The notes: generated from the letters alone by a model not told the origin. 64,000 bases of DNA from Candidatus Altiarchaeota archaeon (GCA_043813075.1 JBDRLL010000036.1:32001-96000); one strand, 5' to 3'; shown: positions 27,517 to 38,024, numbered from the stretch's first letter. Program-made: numbers and translations.

Positions 27517-28992
27517 ATGGTTCATGAGGATGCCTGTAGAACAAAAAAACGAATGATACTATACGGTATCCTCACTTTCTCAGCTATTCTGATGCCTATT
27601 ATAACGCATCAACTGGAATCTGAGTTTGAATTAAACTTTATTGGAAACAACATCTCAAGGAACTACATTGCGTGCTCCCTTTTTTCCATAGGGATAATAG
27701 TATTTGGTTACTTAGAGCTAAGAGGAAGATGGAAGAAACCGTTAGAGGAGAATATACCGATCATACTCGCAGTATTGGTGTTGATTAATTACTGCATCCT
27801 ATGGACTTCAGCCACCGCGAAAGGCCATGACTACGACTGCTTTGAGATAGCAGCTAAAAGCTTTTTAGCGGGGAAAAACCCCTATGCGGGATGCTATCTG
27901 TACCCTCCCCTATTCGTAGAGAGCATGGCGGCCGCATACAAGTCGATTGATTACCTCGCCTCGACTACCGGCATGAACATTACTGGAGAAGGCATCTGGG
28001 AGCTTATGTTTTATTTGTTTCAATGCCTTCAGTTTGTATCCTACATCACAGCATACTACCTGTGTTATATATTCGCCCGTAAGGCCTCACTGAAGGGGAT
28101 GCATGCATCCATAATCGTCACCATATTATTCCTGTTTAACTATCCGGTGAACAACAACATGTTTGGCAGGCAAATCAACCTGATGATACTGGACGCCATC
28201 CTCATAGCCATCCTGCTTGCCGAAAAGCACCCATTCCTAAGCGGACTATCACTGGCTATCGGGGGGAACATCAAGTATTACCCATTCCTACTCCTATACC
28301 CGTGGGGCATGGCAAAGAGGATGCGGATACTTGCGTACAGTGGCGTATTGATTACCGTAATTTTCCTGATAACAAGCAGCTTTGGCAGTGACCTGAACAC
28401 CTGGTACCGGTGGAGGGATTACGTGGGCATCTACAGTAAAAACATCGCATACAATGATGTCGGGCTTTACGCAATCACTTACAACATATCCAGGGCCATC
28501 ACGATTGTTTCTGGAATGAACAGGAACTTTTCCCACATACTGCATGAAGCATCATACGGGCTGTTGGTTGCCTTGACCATAACCTGGTTTTCAACACGTT
28601 TTATTGCCCGGAAAAAAGCATCCGAGAATCTCCCAAAACCATTAGGAGACAGGTTCAGATTGTTCGGGGATTCCATAGACGCAGTATGCATTGGCCTCTT
28701 GATATTCCCGGAAGTCTTAAGCCATCACTATGTTTTTACGATACCCGCGGTAATATGGGCTATTGCTGTCAGAGGGGATAGGAGGGGGAGTACTGTATTG
28801 AGCGCCATCCTAATGTTTTGGATGATAGACACCAATATTTTACTGGTAGACTACAGTAGAATAGTCGGGCTTCTTATCGTATTGCATTTAACATCGCCAA
28901 AAGCGGTTCCAAAACAGATTGACGCCCCCTATTTCACACAAAACATGGGCCCAACACCCACTGATAGCGACACCTCTCGCGATAGTGACTAA
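27517..28992 (+). CDS. GT87/DUF2029-like membrane glycosyltransferase
   Basis: HDY...NPY...YLYPP, QIN, IKYYP, HHY; visibly more AT-rich than neighbours. Confidence 0.75.
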   Translation: MVHEDACRTKKRMILYGILTFSAILMPIITHQLESEFELNFIGNNISRNYIACSLFSIGIIVFGYLELRGRWKKPLEENIPIILAVLVLINYCILWTSATAKGHDYDCFEIAAKSFLAGKNPYAGCYLYPPLFVESMAAAYKSIDYLASTTGMNITGEGIWELMFYLFQCLQFVSYITAYYLCYIFARKASLKGMHASIIVTILFLFNYPVNNNMFGRQINLMILDAILIAILLAEKHPFLSGLSLAIGGNIKYYPFLLLYPWGMAKRMRILAYSGVLITVIFLITSSFGSDLNTWYRWRDYVGIYSKNIAYNDVGLYAITYNISRAITIVSGMNRNFSHILHEASYGLLVALTITWFSTRFIARKKASENLPKPLGDRFRLFGDSIDAVCIGLLIFPEVLSHHYVFTIPAVIWAIAVRGDRRGSTVLSAILMFWMIDTNILLVDYSRIVGLLIVLHLTSPKAVPKQIDAPYFTQNMGPTPTDSDTSRDSD

Positions 28993-28999
28993 AAAATAA

Positions 29000-30403
29000 T
29001 CAGACCACGTAGCCCATATCCCTTAGAATCTGGAGTGTCTTCTCGTCAGCCATTATCGGCTCCCTGGAAGTGTTCTCGACAGGGTATAGTTCAAGCATCT
29101 TATCCCTTAGCCGGGAGGATACCTCAAGATACCTTGAGGCAGCATTAGACTGCTCGAGAGGATCCCTAGCATGGTCGTACAACTCCTCCACGTCAAAAGA
29201 GACGTGATGGGCTAGGGGAATGCATTTAGGCCTCAAGCCCTCAGGATTGTATATGTACCGCCATCTGCCGGCCCTAATGGACTTGATGTCAGTCAGCTCG
29301 CTCAATGCTATGCCGAAGTCACGGCCGGAATAGCCGGGCTCGAAAAGGGGTGCCATAGACTTGCCTTCAAAATGGGGGAGAGGACGTAATCCTAGAAGCT
29401 CTAATGCTGTGGGAACCACGTCAATGTTCTCCACCACCTCCCCAACCCTGAGACCACCATACCTGCCGTCCGGAAGACGGATTATGAGGGGTATGTGCAG
29501 TACTGAGTCGTGTATGGAACACTGGTGGAAGAAGTAGTAGTCGTGCTGGTACAACTCCTCCCCATGATCCGCGAATATGAATACAATAGACTTGTTCAAC
29601 AGGCCGAGAGATTCCAGCTCCCCGAAAATCTCGCGGACAGAAGAGTCAGCCCATAGCACGTCCCCATCGTATTTAGAGATGTGATAGTCCAATTGCGCGG
29701 CCGTTAGATTAATCATCTGGGTTGTAATCTGGGTGGGGCGTAGCTTGTCCCCGGGAGAGTAGTTGCCGAAAACATCGTACTTTTTTGGCGGCTTGTAAGG
29801 CCGGTGGGGTGCGAACAGGTGGGTGAAGAGGAAGAATTTCCCGTCCTTGTTCTTCCTCAAGAACTTGATGGTCTTGTCAACGTTACGATCGTCCGCGTAT
29901 CTCGTGCATGCTTTGTCGCCGAAACCGTACTCTAGGATATGGCACCCGGTAGACATGACCGCGATTGTCGCATAACCCTCACCCCGGAGCACGTCCGCTA
30001 TCGATGGTATGCCCTCCCCAAGCACCTGCCCGTTCTCCCTAACGTTGGTCGAGACTGGGTACAGTGAGGTCAGCATTGACGTGAGGGAAGGCTCGGTCAG
30101 ACCCCGCGAGGTGAACATGTTCTCAAACAGAATACCCCCGCCAGCGACCGAATCCACGAATGGCGTGGTGTCACGATCATACCCGTAACAACCCATGTGA
30201 TCAGGGCGCAACGTCTCTATCGAAATGAATATCAGGTTATATCCAGGATAAGAAGAACTTGCAATGTCAGGAGCACCCCCCAGGGTAGTGGCCGGGCCTT
30301 CGATAGGGGCAGGGGAACGCAGCACGCCATACGTGACTGCGGAAACGATTATTATAAACAGTGTTAAAGCGGTTATGCCTAGAAAATCAGGTTTTGAATG
30401 CAT
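29000..30403 (-). CDS. Sulfatase-like protein (alkaline phosphatase superfamily), Thr at the nucleophile position
   Basis: ETLRPDH, TEPSLTS, PHRPY, ADHGE, HIPLII, ELYD...DPLE. Confidence 0.85.
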   Translation of the reverse strand: MHSKPDFLGITALTLFIIIVSAVTYGVLRSPAPIEGPATTLGGAPDIASSSYPGYNLIFISIETLRPDHMGCYGYDRDTTPFVDSVAGGGILFENMFTSRGLTEPSLTSMLTSLYPVSTNVRENGQVLGEGIPSIADVLRGEGYATIAVMSTGCHILEYGFGDKACTRYADDRNVDKTIKFLRKNKDGKFFLFTHLFAPHRPYKPPKKYDVFGNYSPGDKLRPTQITTQMINLTAAQLDYHISKYDGDVLWADSSVREIFGELESLGLLNKSIVFIFADHGEELYQHDYYFFHQCSIHDSVLHIPLIIRLPDGRYGGLRVGEVVENIDVVPTALELLGLRPLPHFEGKSMAPLFEPGYSGRDFGIALSELTDIKSIRAGRWRYIYNPEGLRPKCIPLAHHVSFDVEELYDHARDPLEQSNAASRYLEVSSRLRDKMLELYPVENTSREPIMADEKTLQILRDMGYVV

Positions 30404-30412
30404 TTTAGAGGA

Positions 30413-30604
30413 TCATAGGCCCCTTTTATCTTTCTTAATCCTGCGGCTGCTGTCACAGCCGAACTCCAGGTGGTGGGATTCAACATCCCTTAACTCTGAC
30501 TTTGAGACTTCAGCTTCATGCCTTGTCTTGACTTCCCTCGCCCTTAGCCTGGCGAGCTCGTTCCCAGCGCCGCCACAAAGCCTATAGTTACTCCCGCGCG
30601 CCAT
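30413..30604 (-). CDS. Small basic hypothetical protein (63 aa)
   Basis: ATG 1 bp after the upstream stop (TAG-C-ATG); fills the gap; MARGSNYRLCGG...KRGL. Confidence 0.45.
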   Translation of the reverse strand: MARGSNYRLCGGAGNELARLRAREVKTRHEAEVSKSELRDVESHHLEFGCDSSRRIKKDKRGL

Positions 30605-30605
30605 G

Positions 30606-31172
30606 CTATTCCTCGCTACTCTCAGTGTAGGGCACGCAGCCGACTTCCTTCTGGCATCTCTCATTATCCATGCAGGTCCGGATTATCTTCTTCGTCTGCG
30701 TTACCTTGCACGAACCATCATCGCAGAATGGTTCAGAGTATATCTTGTAGGTCTTGTCGTAGTCGCACCTTATCTCACTGTACTCTGGATCACCGCAGTC
30801 AGCGTTCGAAGTGCACGGCGGCAGTACAGGCACGTGAATAGTGGTGGTAGTTACCTTAGCGCCGGGAGAACAGACTTGAGGGCACTTGCTGATGCAGTCA
30901 GTGCACTCGAACCCGACCTTCACAACCTGTTTTTCGCTGGTATCCTTTGTGACATCCTTCGTCTCCTCGCACTCGGGGATGTTGGGCTCAGGGCACTCGC
31001 TCAAGTCAGGCCTCTTAGAGCCGTCATAACACTGGTATTCGATACTCGTTGTCTCAATGACCTTGCTGCACGTCCTCGGCATGTACCAGTAGGTGAATCC
31101 GCCGCCGAAGACCAGCCCTAGGAACAATGTGAGCACTGAAAGCGCGCTAAGTAGTATTATCTCTTCCTTCAA
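30606..31172 (-). CDS. Membrane-anchored Cys-rich hypothetical protein
   Basis: N-terminal TM; CYDGS...ECP; many Cys; SD AGGTGA with TTG start. Confidence 0.7.
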   Translation of the reverse strand: MKEEIILLSALSVLTLFLGLVFGGGFTYWYMPRTCSKVIETTSIEYQCYDGSKRPDLSECPEPNIPECEETKDVTKDTSEKQVVKVGFECTDCISKCPQVCSPGAKVTTTTIHVPVLPPCTSNADCGDPEYSEIRCDYDKTYKIYSEPFCDDGSCKVTQTKKIIRTCMDNERCQKEVGCVPYTESSEE

Positions 31173-31212
31173 GAGGAATCACCTTGTAGATATATGGATT
31201 CACAATTAAAAA

Positions 31213-31731
31213 CTATTGTTTCAATAGCCGTATTATCTCGCAGGCGAACTCCCTGGCGGATTCAGGACCCCTTGCAGTCACTATCCTGCCGTCTGAGACC
31301 ACCGGCCCCTGCACGTAGACTGCATTACCTTCCTTTAGCGCCCGTATAGCGTCTGGGGAGGGGAATACCGTCGCCTTCACGCCAGCCAGTATGCCCGCCT
31401 TCGCCAGAGCCCCTGTTGAAAGGCATATTGCTGCGACAACACTGCTCTTCCCCACCGCGTCTGAGAGTATTTTATGCAGTCGCCCGTCACCCCAAAGCCA
31501 TTTAGGAGAGCCGCTGCCACCAACCACTATCACAGCGTCATATCCTGAAGCATGCGCTTCGCCAAGACTCATGTCCGACTCCACGGTCATGCCGAGCATG
31601 CCACGACATAGCCCGCCCGAAGGCGAGGCAACAGAAACGCCAATGCCAGAAGACTCGAGTTCCCTCCGGGGTATATCGTATTCCTCATCCCTAAAATTGT
31701 CCTGTGCAATAATCATCAAGACATTCATCAT
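31213..31731 (-). CDS. DJ-1/PfpI family protein
   Basis: FRDEE, YDAVIVVGG, AAICLS, TARGP. Confidence 0.92.
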   Translation of the reverse strand: MMNVLMIIAQDNFRDEEYDIPRRELESSGIGVSVASPSGGLCRGMLGMTVESDMSLGEAHASGYDAVIVVGGSGSPKWLWGDGRLHKILSDAVGKSSVVAAICLSTGALAKAGILAGVKATVFPSPDAIRALKEGNAVYVQGPVVSDGRIVTARGPESAREFACEIIRLLKQ

Positions 31732-31771
31732 GAAACACCATTATTTATATTGGATTTTAATCATTTAACGG

Positions 31772-32467
31772 GTGTTGCCTGTGAAGTACGCTATCCTTGC
31801 CTTAACGCTACTTGCAGTGGTAGCAGCATATAGCGTGCTGGAGAGTGACGTGACCGAGATTGATGTTAATAGCGGTGCGGTAAGCCTGCCGGAACCTGTC
31901 TTGAAGGGTGGTTTAAGCGTTGAGGAAGCCTTGAGTTCCCGCCGTTCAGTCAGGTCATACAGCAGCGGCAGCGCGACAAAAGGGGAGTTAGGGCAGATGC
32001 TGTGGGCAGCCCAGGGCGTGACTAGCGAGTGGGGTGGGAGGACCGCGCCTTCCGCTGGATCCACATACCCGTTAGAGACGTACGTTGTCGTGGGAGACGT
32101 GGAGGGGCTTGAGCCTGGAGTCTACGAGTACGACCCGAAAACCCATTCCATAATCCAGAAAAACGGGGGAGACTTAAGGGAGGCTCTTGCGCGTGAAGCA
32201 TTAGGCCAGGGCATGATAAGCAAGGCCCAGTTCACCATCATACTCTCCATCGCCTACGAGAGGGCTACCGGACGCTATGGAGAGAGGGGTGTTATGTACG
32301 CCCACATGGAGGCAGGGCACGCTGGCCAGAACATATACCTGCAGGCGGAGTCGCTTGGCCTTGGGACCGTAGCGGTGGGAGCCTTCAACCCTGAGGGAGT
32401 GGCGGAATTGCTGGACATCCCGGAGGGAGAGACTGTGGCGTACCTGTTCCCTGTCGGGAGGAGGTAG
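31772..32467 (+). CDS. SagB/ThcOx-type nitroreductase family protein
   Basis: RRSVR, RTAPSAG, EAGHAGQN. Confidence 0.9.
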   Translation: MLPVKYAILALTLLAVVAAYSVLESDVTEIDVNSGAVSLPEPVLKGGLSVEEALSSRRSVRSYSSGSATKGELGQMLWAAQGVTSEWGGRTAPSAGSTYPLETYVVVGDVEGLEPGVYEYDPKTHSIIQKNGGDLREALAREALGQGMISKAQFTIILSIAYERATGRYGERGVMYAHMEAGHAGQNIYLQAESLGLGTVAVGAFNPEGVAELLDIPEGETVAYLFPVGRR

Positions 32468-32505
32468 ACTGTTTTTTAGTGTAATAATTCCCTTATAGTT
32501 GATAC

Positions 32506-33960
32506 ATGGCACAGCAAGAGATAACGCCCCGGATTGCTCAGGCACGGTTGAAAGAGGTTGTCGAGTCTCTGCCAGCCGGATACGAGGAGAGGATTAGGGC
32601 TCACTCCGCGAGGGCTAGGCAGATATTCAGGAACCCTGATGCTGTAATGCTGGATGTCTCAAGATACTATAAGATGCTTGCCGACGACAAGGCAAGCGAC
32701 TACTGGAAGGGTGAGGCGGAGAACTCCATAAACGCCGGGTTTGACGTGGTAGGCAGGAAGGGCGTATCCGACCCTGATGCCGCGTGGCGTGAGCTGACGC
32801 AAGTCTACCCTCCAGTCGAGGTGGGCGACAGGGTAACCAGCACCAGGCTAGGTAGGGAAGCGCAGAACTTCACGCCCATATACAATGAGTCAGACAACCC
32901 CGACGACATGATAAGGAGGATTATCGCATTCGGCAGGATGAGGCTGCCGTCCTCCACAACACTGCTTTCAAACTATTACGCGATAGACTCGCACTACTCC
33001 AGCGATAAGACTCCAGCGGAAAGGCTTGAAGTCTTCATGAGGGCTACAGAACCCAGGGTGGTGGAGAGGGTGAGGGAGCTTGAGCCATACAAGGATATGG
33101 GCGTGAGATTCCTTGGCGCAGTGGACAAGAGGCCTGAGGCAGTGGACAGGTATTTCAAAGCAAGGGAGTCAGGATACAATCCTGCAGCAGAGGCTGAGAG
33201 GCTGCTGTCTTCAAGGAAAGACGTGTCGACGGTAACAGACCCTGAGACAGGGCTTATAATGGTGGGAGAGATGAGTGAAGGCCATGAGACCATAGCCAGG
33301 AGTTTCGGCCTGGACCCCAAGTCCCCGGAATACAGGATGCACGTTAAGGGCATGATGCCCAAGAAACCGAGGAGGGGGGAGTACGTGCCGACAGCGTCAT
33401 TCAACTTCGGATACTACGACATACAGGGGGATACTGAACACCATCGGAGCATGTCAGCCACAGAGGCCATAGAAGGCTGCGTGAAGCATATGGCACAGCA
33501 GGGATTCAGCCCGGACACTGTAATCAAGGTGTCTGACGTCCATTTCTTCAGCAACAGCGGATACAGGCTCGGAAGCCTCACCGGCCCTGAATCATACTTC
33601 AGGGTGGAGCCGGACCACAGGAACAAGGATGACTGGACCTGCGTGACAGGTAATGGCGTTGACGTGTGGAGGTACAACATGCCTGCAGGAGACACCAGGG
33701 TCGTGGGCCACACCGTCATGGTCAAGAAGGGGGGGATATATACGGGCGACGTCCCGCTGACCACCCTCGGTGGCGACGTGGAAGTCAGCCTATACTGTGG
33801 CGCATTCATAGGCGATGACGGTACCGTAAGATTATCCGGACACATCCCTAAACACGGCAGCCACGAGCCGGACCCTGCCGGAGTGGCTGAAGTGCTGCGC
33901 AGGTTCGACCCAAGCCTGAGGATAGACGTCGAGAAGGTTACCGGCAAGAAGATAAGCTGA
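32506..33960 (+). CDS. Hypothetical protein, tandem paralog 1
   Basis: 484 aa; colinear with 33961-35421. Confidence 0.8.
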   Translation: MAQQEITPRIAQARLKEVVESLPAGYEERIRAHSARARQIFRNPDAVMLDVSRYYKMLADDKASDYWKGEAENSINAGFDVVGRKGVSDPDAAWRELTQVYPPVEVGDRVTSTRLGREAQNFTPIYNESDNPDDMIRRIIAFGRMRLPSSTTLLSNYYAIDSHYSSDKTPAERLEVFMRATEPRVVERVRELEPYKDMGVRFLGAVDKRPEAVDRYFKARESGYNPAAEAERLLSSRKDVSTVTDPETGLIMVGEMSEGHETIARSFGLDPKSPEYRMHVKGMMPKKPRRGEYVPTASFNFGYYDIQGDTEHHRSMSATEAIEGCVKHMAQQGFSPDTVIKVSDVHFFSNSGYRLGSLTGPESYFRVEPDHRNKDDWTCVTGNGVDVWRYNMPAGDTRVVGHTVMVKKGGIYTGDVPLTTLGGDVEVSLYCGAFIGDDGTVRLSGHIPKHGSHEPDPAGVAEVLRRFDPSLRIDVEKVTGKKIS

Positions 33961-35421
33961 GTGAGCACATTGCATGAGGAAGTCAACGCCCAACAGGCCC
34001 AGGCAAGACTGAAGGAGGTGGTTGGCTCGCTACCCCCAGGATATGAAGGGAGGATCAGGGCGCACTCCGCGAGGGCCAGGCAGATATTCAGGAACCCAGA
34101 TCACGTGATGCTACAGGTGTCCGGATACTACAGCATGCTCGCTAAGGAAGATGCGAACGACTACTGGATAAATACGGGGGAAACAGCGATAAACACCCTT
34201 TTTGACATCGCCTCGATGCGGGGGGTCTCAGACCCTGACGGCGCATGGAGGGCGCTAACCGAGACATACCCGCCAGTACAAGCGCATGGGAGAGTAGATT
34301 CCCCATTCGACTCCAACGCCAAACACTTCATGCCGATACTGGAGGCCGCGCCCGACAAGGAGGATATGATACGGAGGATTGTGGCTTTCGGAAGGCTCAG
34401 GCTGCCGTGTTCGAGAACACTCTTAACGAACTTCGACGCTATAGGACTCGCCTACGCGAGAGACATGAGCACCGAGGACAAGCTCGAGACTATGATGGAC
34501 GCGACAGGCCAGAGGGTCCTAGACAGGGTTGGGGAGCTTAGGATGCATCGGGGCATGGGGGTGGACTTTCTGAGGGCTGCTGCAGACCGCCCTGAAGCAG
34601 TCGAACTTTACTTCAAGGTAAGGGATTCAGGATACAATCCCGTCAGGGAGACGGACAGTCTGCTTGCCGCAAGGAAGAACGTGTCTCTGGTAGTCAGCCC
34701 GGAGACGGGGCTGATAGTGGTGGGGGACATGGCCAGGGGGCATGAGCAGATTGCAGATGATTTTGGCATAGACCCTGCAAGCTATGAATACAGGAAGTAC
34801 TTGAAGGGCAGCATACCCAGGAGGAGTAGGAGAGGTCCGTCTGAGCCGACAGTCAGGTTCGGCTTTGGATTCTACGAGCTTCCCGAGGACGTGCACAGGA
34901 AGAGGTATGCGGCGACAGACGCGGTGAGGGGGTGCCTGATACACATGGCGGAACAGGGATTTGACCCCAACTATGTCGTAAAGGTTTCTGACGCCGCCTT
35001 TTTTTCGAGATGCGGGTACCGCTTAGGGAATCTGATAGACGAAGACTCGTTTTTCGGGAACTTTAATGTTGACCCGACTGATTGGAGGGGTTCTGGGGAC
35101 TGGACCTGCATGTCAGGCAACGGGATAGACATATGGCGTTACAACATGAGCGACGACAGGGTGCTGGGAAACACGGTGATAGTGAGTGGGAAAAACGTTT
35201 ACACTGGAGACGTGCCAGTCAGCACACTGGGAGGCAGTGTCGAATTCAGCACATACTGTGCCGCACACACCAGGGAAGACGGCTCGATAAGCCTTTCAGG
35301 ACGCATACCGAAACACGAGAGCCACGCGCCAAGCCCATCAGGAGTAGCAGACGTGATGCGTAGATTCGACCCAAATCTGAAGATAGAAGTGTCGAAGGTC
35401 ACTGGGAAAAGAGTCAATTAA
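33961..35421 (+). CDS. Hypothetical protein, tandem paralog 2
   Basis: 486 aa; GTG start immediately after the TGA of paralog 1, same frame. Confidence 0.8.
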   Translation: MSTLHEEVNAQQAQARLKEVVGSLPPGYEGRIRAHSARARQIFRNPDHVMLQVSGYYSMLAKEDANDYWINTGETAINTLFDIASMRGVSDPDGAWRALTETYPPVQAHGRVDSPFDSNAKHFMPILEAAPDKEDMIRRIVAFGRLRLPCSRTLLTNFDAIGLAYARDMSTEDKLETMMDATGQRVLDRVGELRMHRGMGVDFLRAAADRPEAVELYFKVRDSGYNPVRETDSLLAARKNVSLVVSPETGLIVVGDMARGHEQIADDFGIDPASYEYRKYLKGSIPRRSRRGPSEPTVRFGFGFYELPEDVHRKRYAATDAVRGCLIHMAEQGFDPNYVVKVSDAAFFSRCGYRLGNLIDEDSFFGNFNVDPTDWRGSGDWTCMSGNGIDIWRYNMSDDRVLGNTVIVSGKNVYTGDVPVSTLGGSVEFSTYCAAHTREDGSISLSGRIPKHESHAPSPSGVADVMRRFDPNLKIEVSKVTGKRVN

Positions 35422-37313
35422 ACAAGCCTTATGGAATCCAGGTTCCTTGGGGCACTCGCCTCAAAACCGAACATGTCGTAGAGTGTTGAAGCCAGGTTAT
35501 TCGCCTTGCTAGCCTCGCCGTGCACGACCACAACCCGCTTAGGCTTCGGACTGACCTTCTTGCAGTACCCGAGCAGCTGCCTCCTGTCCGCGTGACCAGA
35601 GAAACCGTCGACAGTCTCGACACGAAGCTTAACCTTCAACGCCTTAGTCCTGCCATCATGATCCTCAATGGGGATCTCATGAAGCCCGTTCTGAAGACGC
35701 CTGCCCAGACTGCCCTCAGCCTGGTAACCGACGAAAGCCAGCGTGTTGTTCGGGTTCTCCGCGAAAGCCTTGAAGTACTCCACGCTCGGGCCGCCAGTCA
35801 TCATGCCGGAAGTCGCTAGTATGACGCAAGGATCCTCGCTGGCTATTATGTCGGGACGCCTCTTATGCTCCACCCGCTCAAACCCGTCAACCAGGAAGGG
35901 GTTATACCCGTTGAATACCCTGTGCTTGATGTGCTTCTTCAAGTACTCCGGATAGGAGGTATGGATTGCAGTAGCCTCCCATATCATGCCGTCCAGGTAA
36001 ACCGGCACCTCAAGCTCGTTGAAACGATAAGCAGCCTCCAGAACCATCATGACCTCCTGGCTCCTGCCGACACTGAACACTGGGATAAGAGTCTTACCCC
36101 CCTTAGCGACAGTCTCCTGAAGTATCGAAAGCAGCGCCTGCTCAGCGTCACGCCTCTTCGGCTGAGCATCATAACGACCGCCGTAAGTCGACTCGATTAT
36201 CATGGTCTCCACCCGAGGGAAATCGAAGTTAGCGGCCTCAAGCAGACGGGTGTCTCCGAACTTGAAGTCGCCGGTATACACCATGTTGTGCAACCCCTCG
36301 CCTATATGGAAGTGGCAGACGCTTGAGCCGAGAATATGACCTGCATTATACAGGGTCAAGTGTATGTCAGGCGTGATGTCAGCAACCTCCTCGTACTCGA
36401 GGGGTATGGTGTGCTTTATCATCTCCCTCACCTCCTTACTACCGAAGGGAAGTTCATTCTGACCCTTAACGCCTATCTCAACAGCGTCAAGCACGAGGAG
36501 CATCATCAAGTCCCTCGTCGGCTCAGTACAGTATATCGGGCCGTCGTAGCCGTATTTGAACAGGTACGGTAGGAAACCGCAGTGATCCAGGTGAGCGTGC
36601 GATATTACAACCGCATCCAACTCAGATATCGCCAGCTTCGCAGCCCGGAAGTCAGGGAAACGCTCGTTATTCTGGGCTGCCACATTGATTCCGCAGTCCA
36701 CGAGCACGTTGCTCTCCGGCGTCTGGAGCAGTATGCTGGAACGACCCACCTGCTGGGCTCCGCCCAACGGGGTTATCCGTATCCAATCGCATTCGGCGTC
36801 AGGCTTCCTGTATATCTTCTTGCCAACACCCTTGAGTATCTTATGCCTCTCCTCACGGTTCTCGAAAAGCATCTTCCGGATGCTCCTCACAGTCTCGGAC
36901 TCTATTGGAGGCTTCCTCAAAAGCTTAGGAGTCCAACGAGTCTTACGCGTTATCTCCTCTAGAGTGCTACCATGCTTCCCGATAACCAGGCCAAGCTTCT
37001 CAGCCTCAATCCGTACTTCGCCAAAGAACTCGTCAAACTCTATGTCGACTATGTTAGCCTCAGGAGGTATTATCCCCTCTATTATCTTCTTCGCCTCCAC
37101 AGGATCCATCAGCGAGTCGGGGGTAGACCTCACGATAACCCTCTTCTTAAGGGAAGTAGCCAGGTTACGGACCTCACTGCTGTTGTCAACGAAGAACTGC
37201 ATGTCGCCGGTGTACAAGACGACCTTAGGCCCTTCAACATCAACCTTGACTATCTTGCCGGGTGGGGCTGTCTCCTCAACAATCTTCTGTATTTCCTTAA
37301 ACTCCATTCTCAA
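35418..37313 (-). CDS. Beta-CASP ribonuclease aCPSF1 (FttA) with KH domains
   Basis: KH GxxG (GKHG), SHAHLDH, AGHILG, FSGHAD; adjacent to psmB. Confidence 0.97.
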   Translation of the reverse strand: MRMEFKEIQKIVEETAPPGKIVKVDVEGPKVVLYTGDMQFFVDNSSEVRNLATSLKKRVIVRSTPDSLMDPVEAKKIIEGIIPPEANIVDIEFDEFFGEVRIEAEKLGLVIGKHGSTLEEITRKTRWTPKLLRKPPIESETVRSIRKMLFENREERHKILKGVGKKIYRKPDAECDWIRITPLGGAQQVGRSSILLQTPESNVLVDCGINVAAQNNERFPDFRAAKLAISELDAVVISHAHLDHCGFLPYLFKYGYDGPIYCTEPTRDLMMLLVLDAVEIGVKGQNELPFGSKEVREMIKHTIPLEYEEVADITPDIHLTLYNAGHILGSSVCHFHIGEGLHNMVYTGDFKFGDTRLLEAANFDFPRVETMIIESTYGGRYDAQPKRRDAEQALLSILQETVAKGGKTLIPVFSVGRSQEVMMVLEAAYRFNELEVPVYLDGMIWEATAIHTSYPEYLKKHIKHRVFNGYNPFLVDGFERVEHKRRPDIIASEDPCVILATSGMMTGGPSVEYFKAFAENPNNTLAFVGYQAEGSLGRRLQNGLHEIPIEDHDGRTKALKVKLRVETVDGFSGHADRRQLLGYCKKVSPKPKRVVVVHGEASKANNLASTLYDMFGFEASAPRNLDSIRLV

Positions 37314-37382
37314 CGCGTTAGTTTATTAAAAAGCAGCCATAGGATGAACTGCCTTGATCAACAAAAGTACATTAAATTATTT

Positions 37383-38024
37383 TTATGCGGCCTTCGAGGC
37401 TAGATCCTCGACTTCCTTGTCACTGTATCTCTTGAAACCGTCCTTAGTGATCGCAATCAAATCCATGCCGTCCCCTGAAGCCGAGTCACGGGCCATCGCA
37501 CTCTTCAACGCCTTCAAAGCGACAGTCAGATTCTCGTCGACCGTCTTATCCTCGCTGAACTCCCGCTCCAAGACGCCGTACGCCATCGGACTCCCGCTTC
37601 CTGTTGCAGCCATCTTCTCCTCGATAAGGCCTCCAATCGGGTCGAGCGTGAACAACTTCACATCTTCCCCGTCATATCCGCCTATCAGCAGCTGCACCAG
37701 GTAGGGGAATATCTTATTGCCCTGAAGAATGTTGCTCAATAGCACTGATATGGCCTGGGAGCTCATCTTCTCGCCGTTGTTCATCTCATAGAGCTTTGAC
37801 TCCGCCTGTATGAGCCTCATAAGGCTTTCAGCGTCACCTACACTCCCCGCGACAGTCGCTCCGACGGTATCGTTTATGTTGAACGACTTCTGCGCCCTCT
37901 TGCTGGCTATGAAGTGGCCCCAGCTAGCCCTCCTGTCTGTAGCGAAAACTATTCCGTCACTGCAGACTAGTCCTATTGTAGTAGTCCCCTTAAATTGCTT
38001 TGATTCCAAAGAAACCGCCTCCAT
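37383..38024 (-). CDS. psmB: Proteasome beta subunit
   Basis: Propeptide ...KG|TTT, GSVGDA, TGSGS, RDSASG. Confidence 0.97.
   Translation of the reverse strand: MEAVSLESKQFKGTTTIGLVCSDGIVFATDRRASWGHFIASKRAQKSFNINDTVGATVAGSVGDAESLMRLIQAESKLYEMNNGEKMSSQAISVLLSNILQGNKIFPYLVQLLIGGYDGEDVKLFTLDPIGGLIEEKMAATGSGSPMAYGVLEREFSEDKTVDENLTVALKALKSAMARDSASGDGMDLIAITKDGFKRYSDKEVEDLASKAA

Noticed and set aside
27517-28992. AT-richer gene as a mobile island
   Set aside because: There are no flanking repeats, transposase or integrase; membrane-protein codon bias or an old transfer is sufficient explanation.
31772-32467. SagB-like gene as part of a RiPP (TOMM) cluster
   Set aside because: There is no YcaO or precursor peptide nearby, and stand-alone homologs are common in archaea.
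33958-33960. In-frame TGA as selenocysteine
   Set aside because: It falls at the paralog boundary, paralog 2 ends at the equivalent position with TAA, there is no aligned Cys, and I recognised no SECIS.
35418-38024. psmB-aCPSF1 adjacency as a novelty
   Set aside because: This is a well-known conserved archaeal gene pair.
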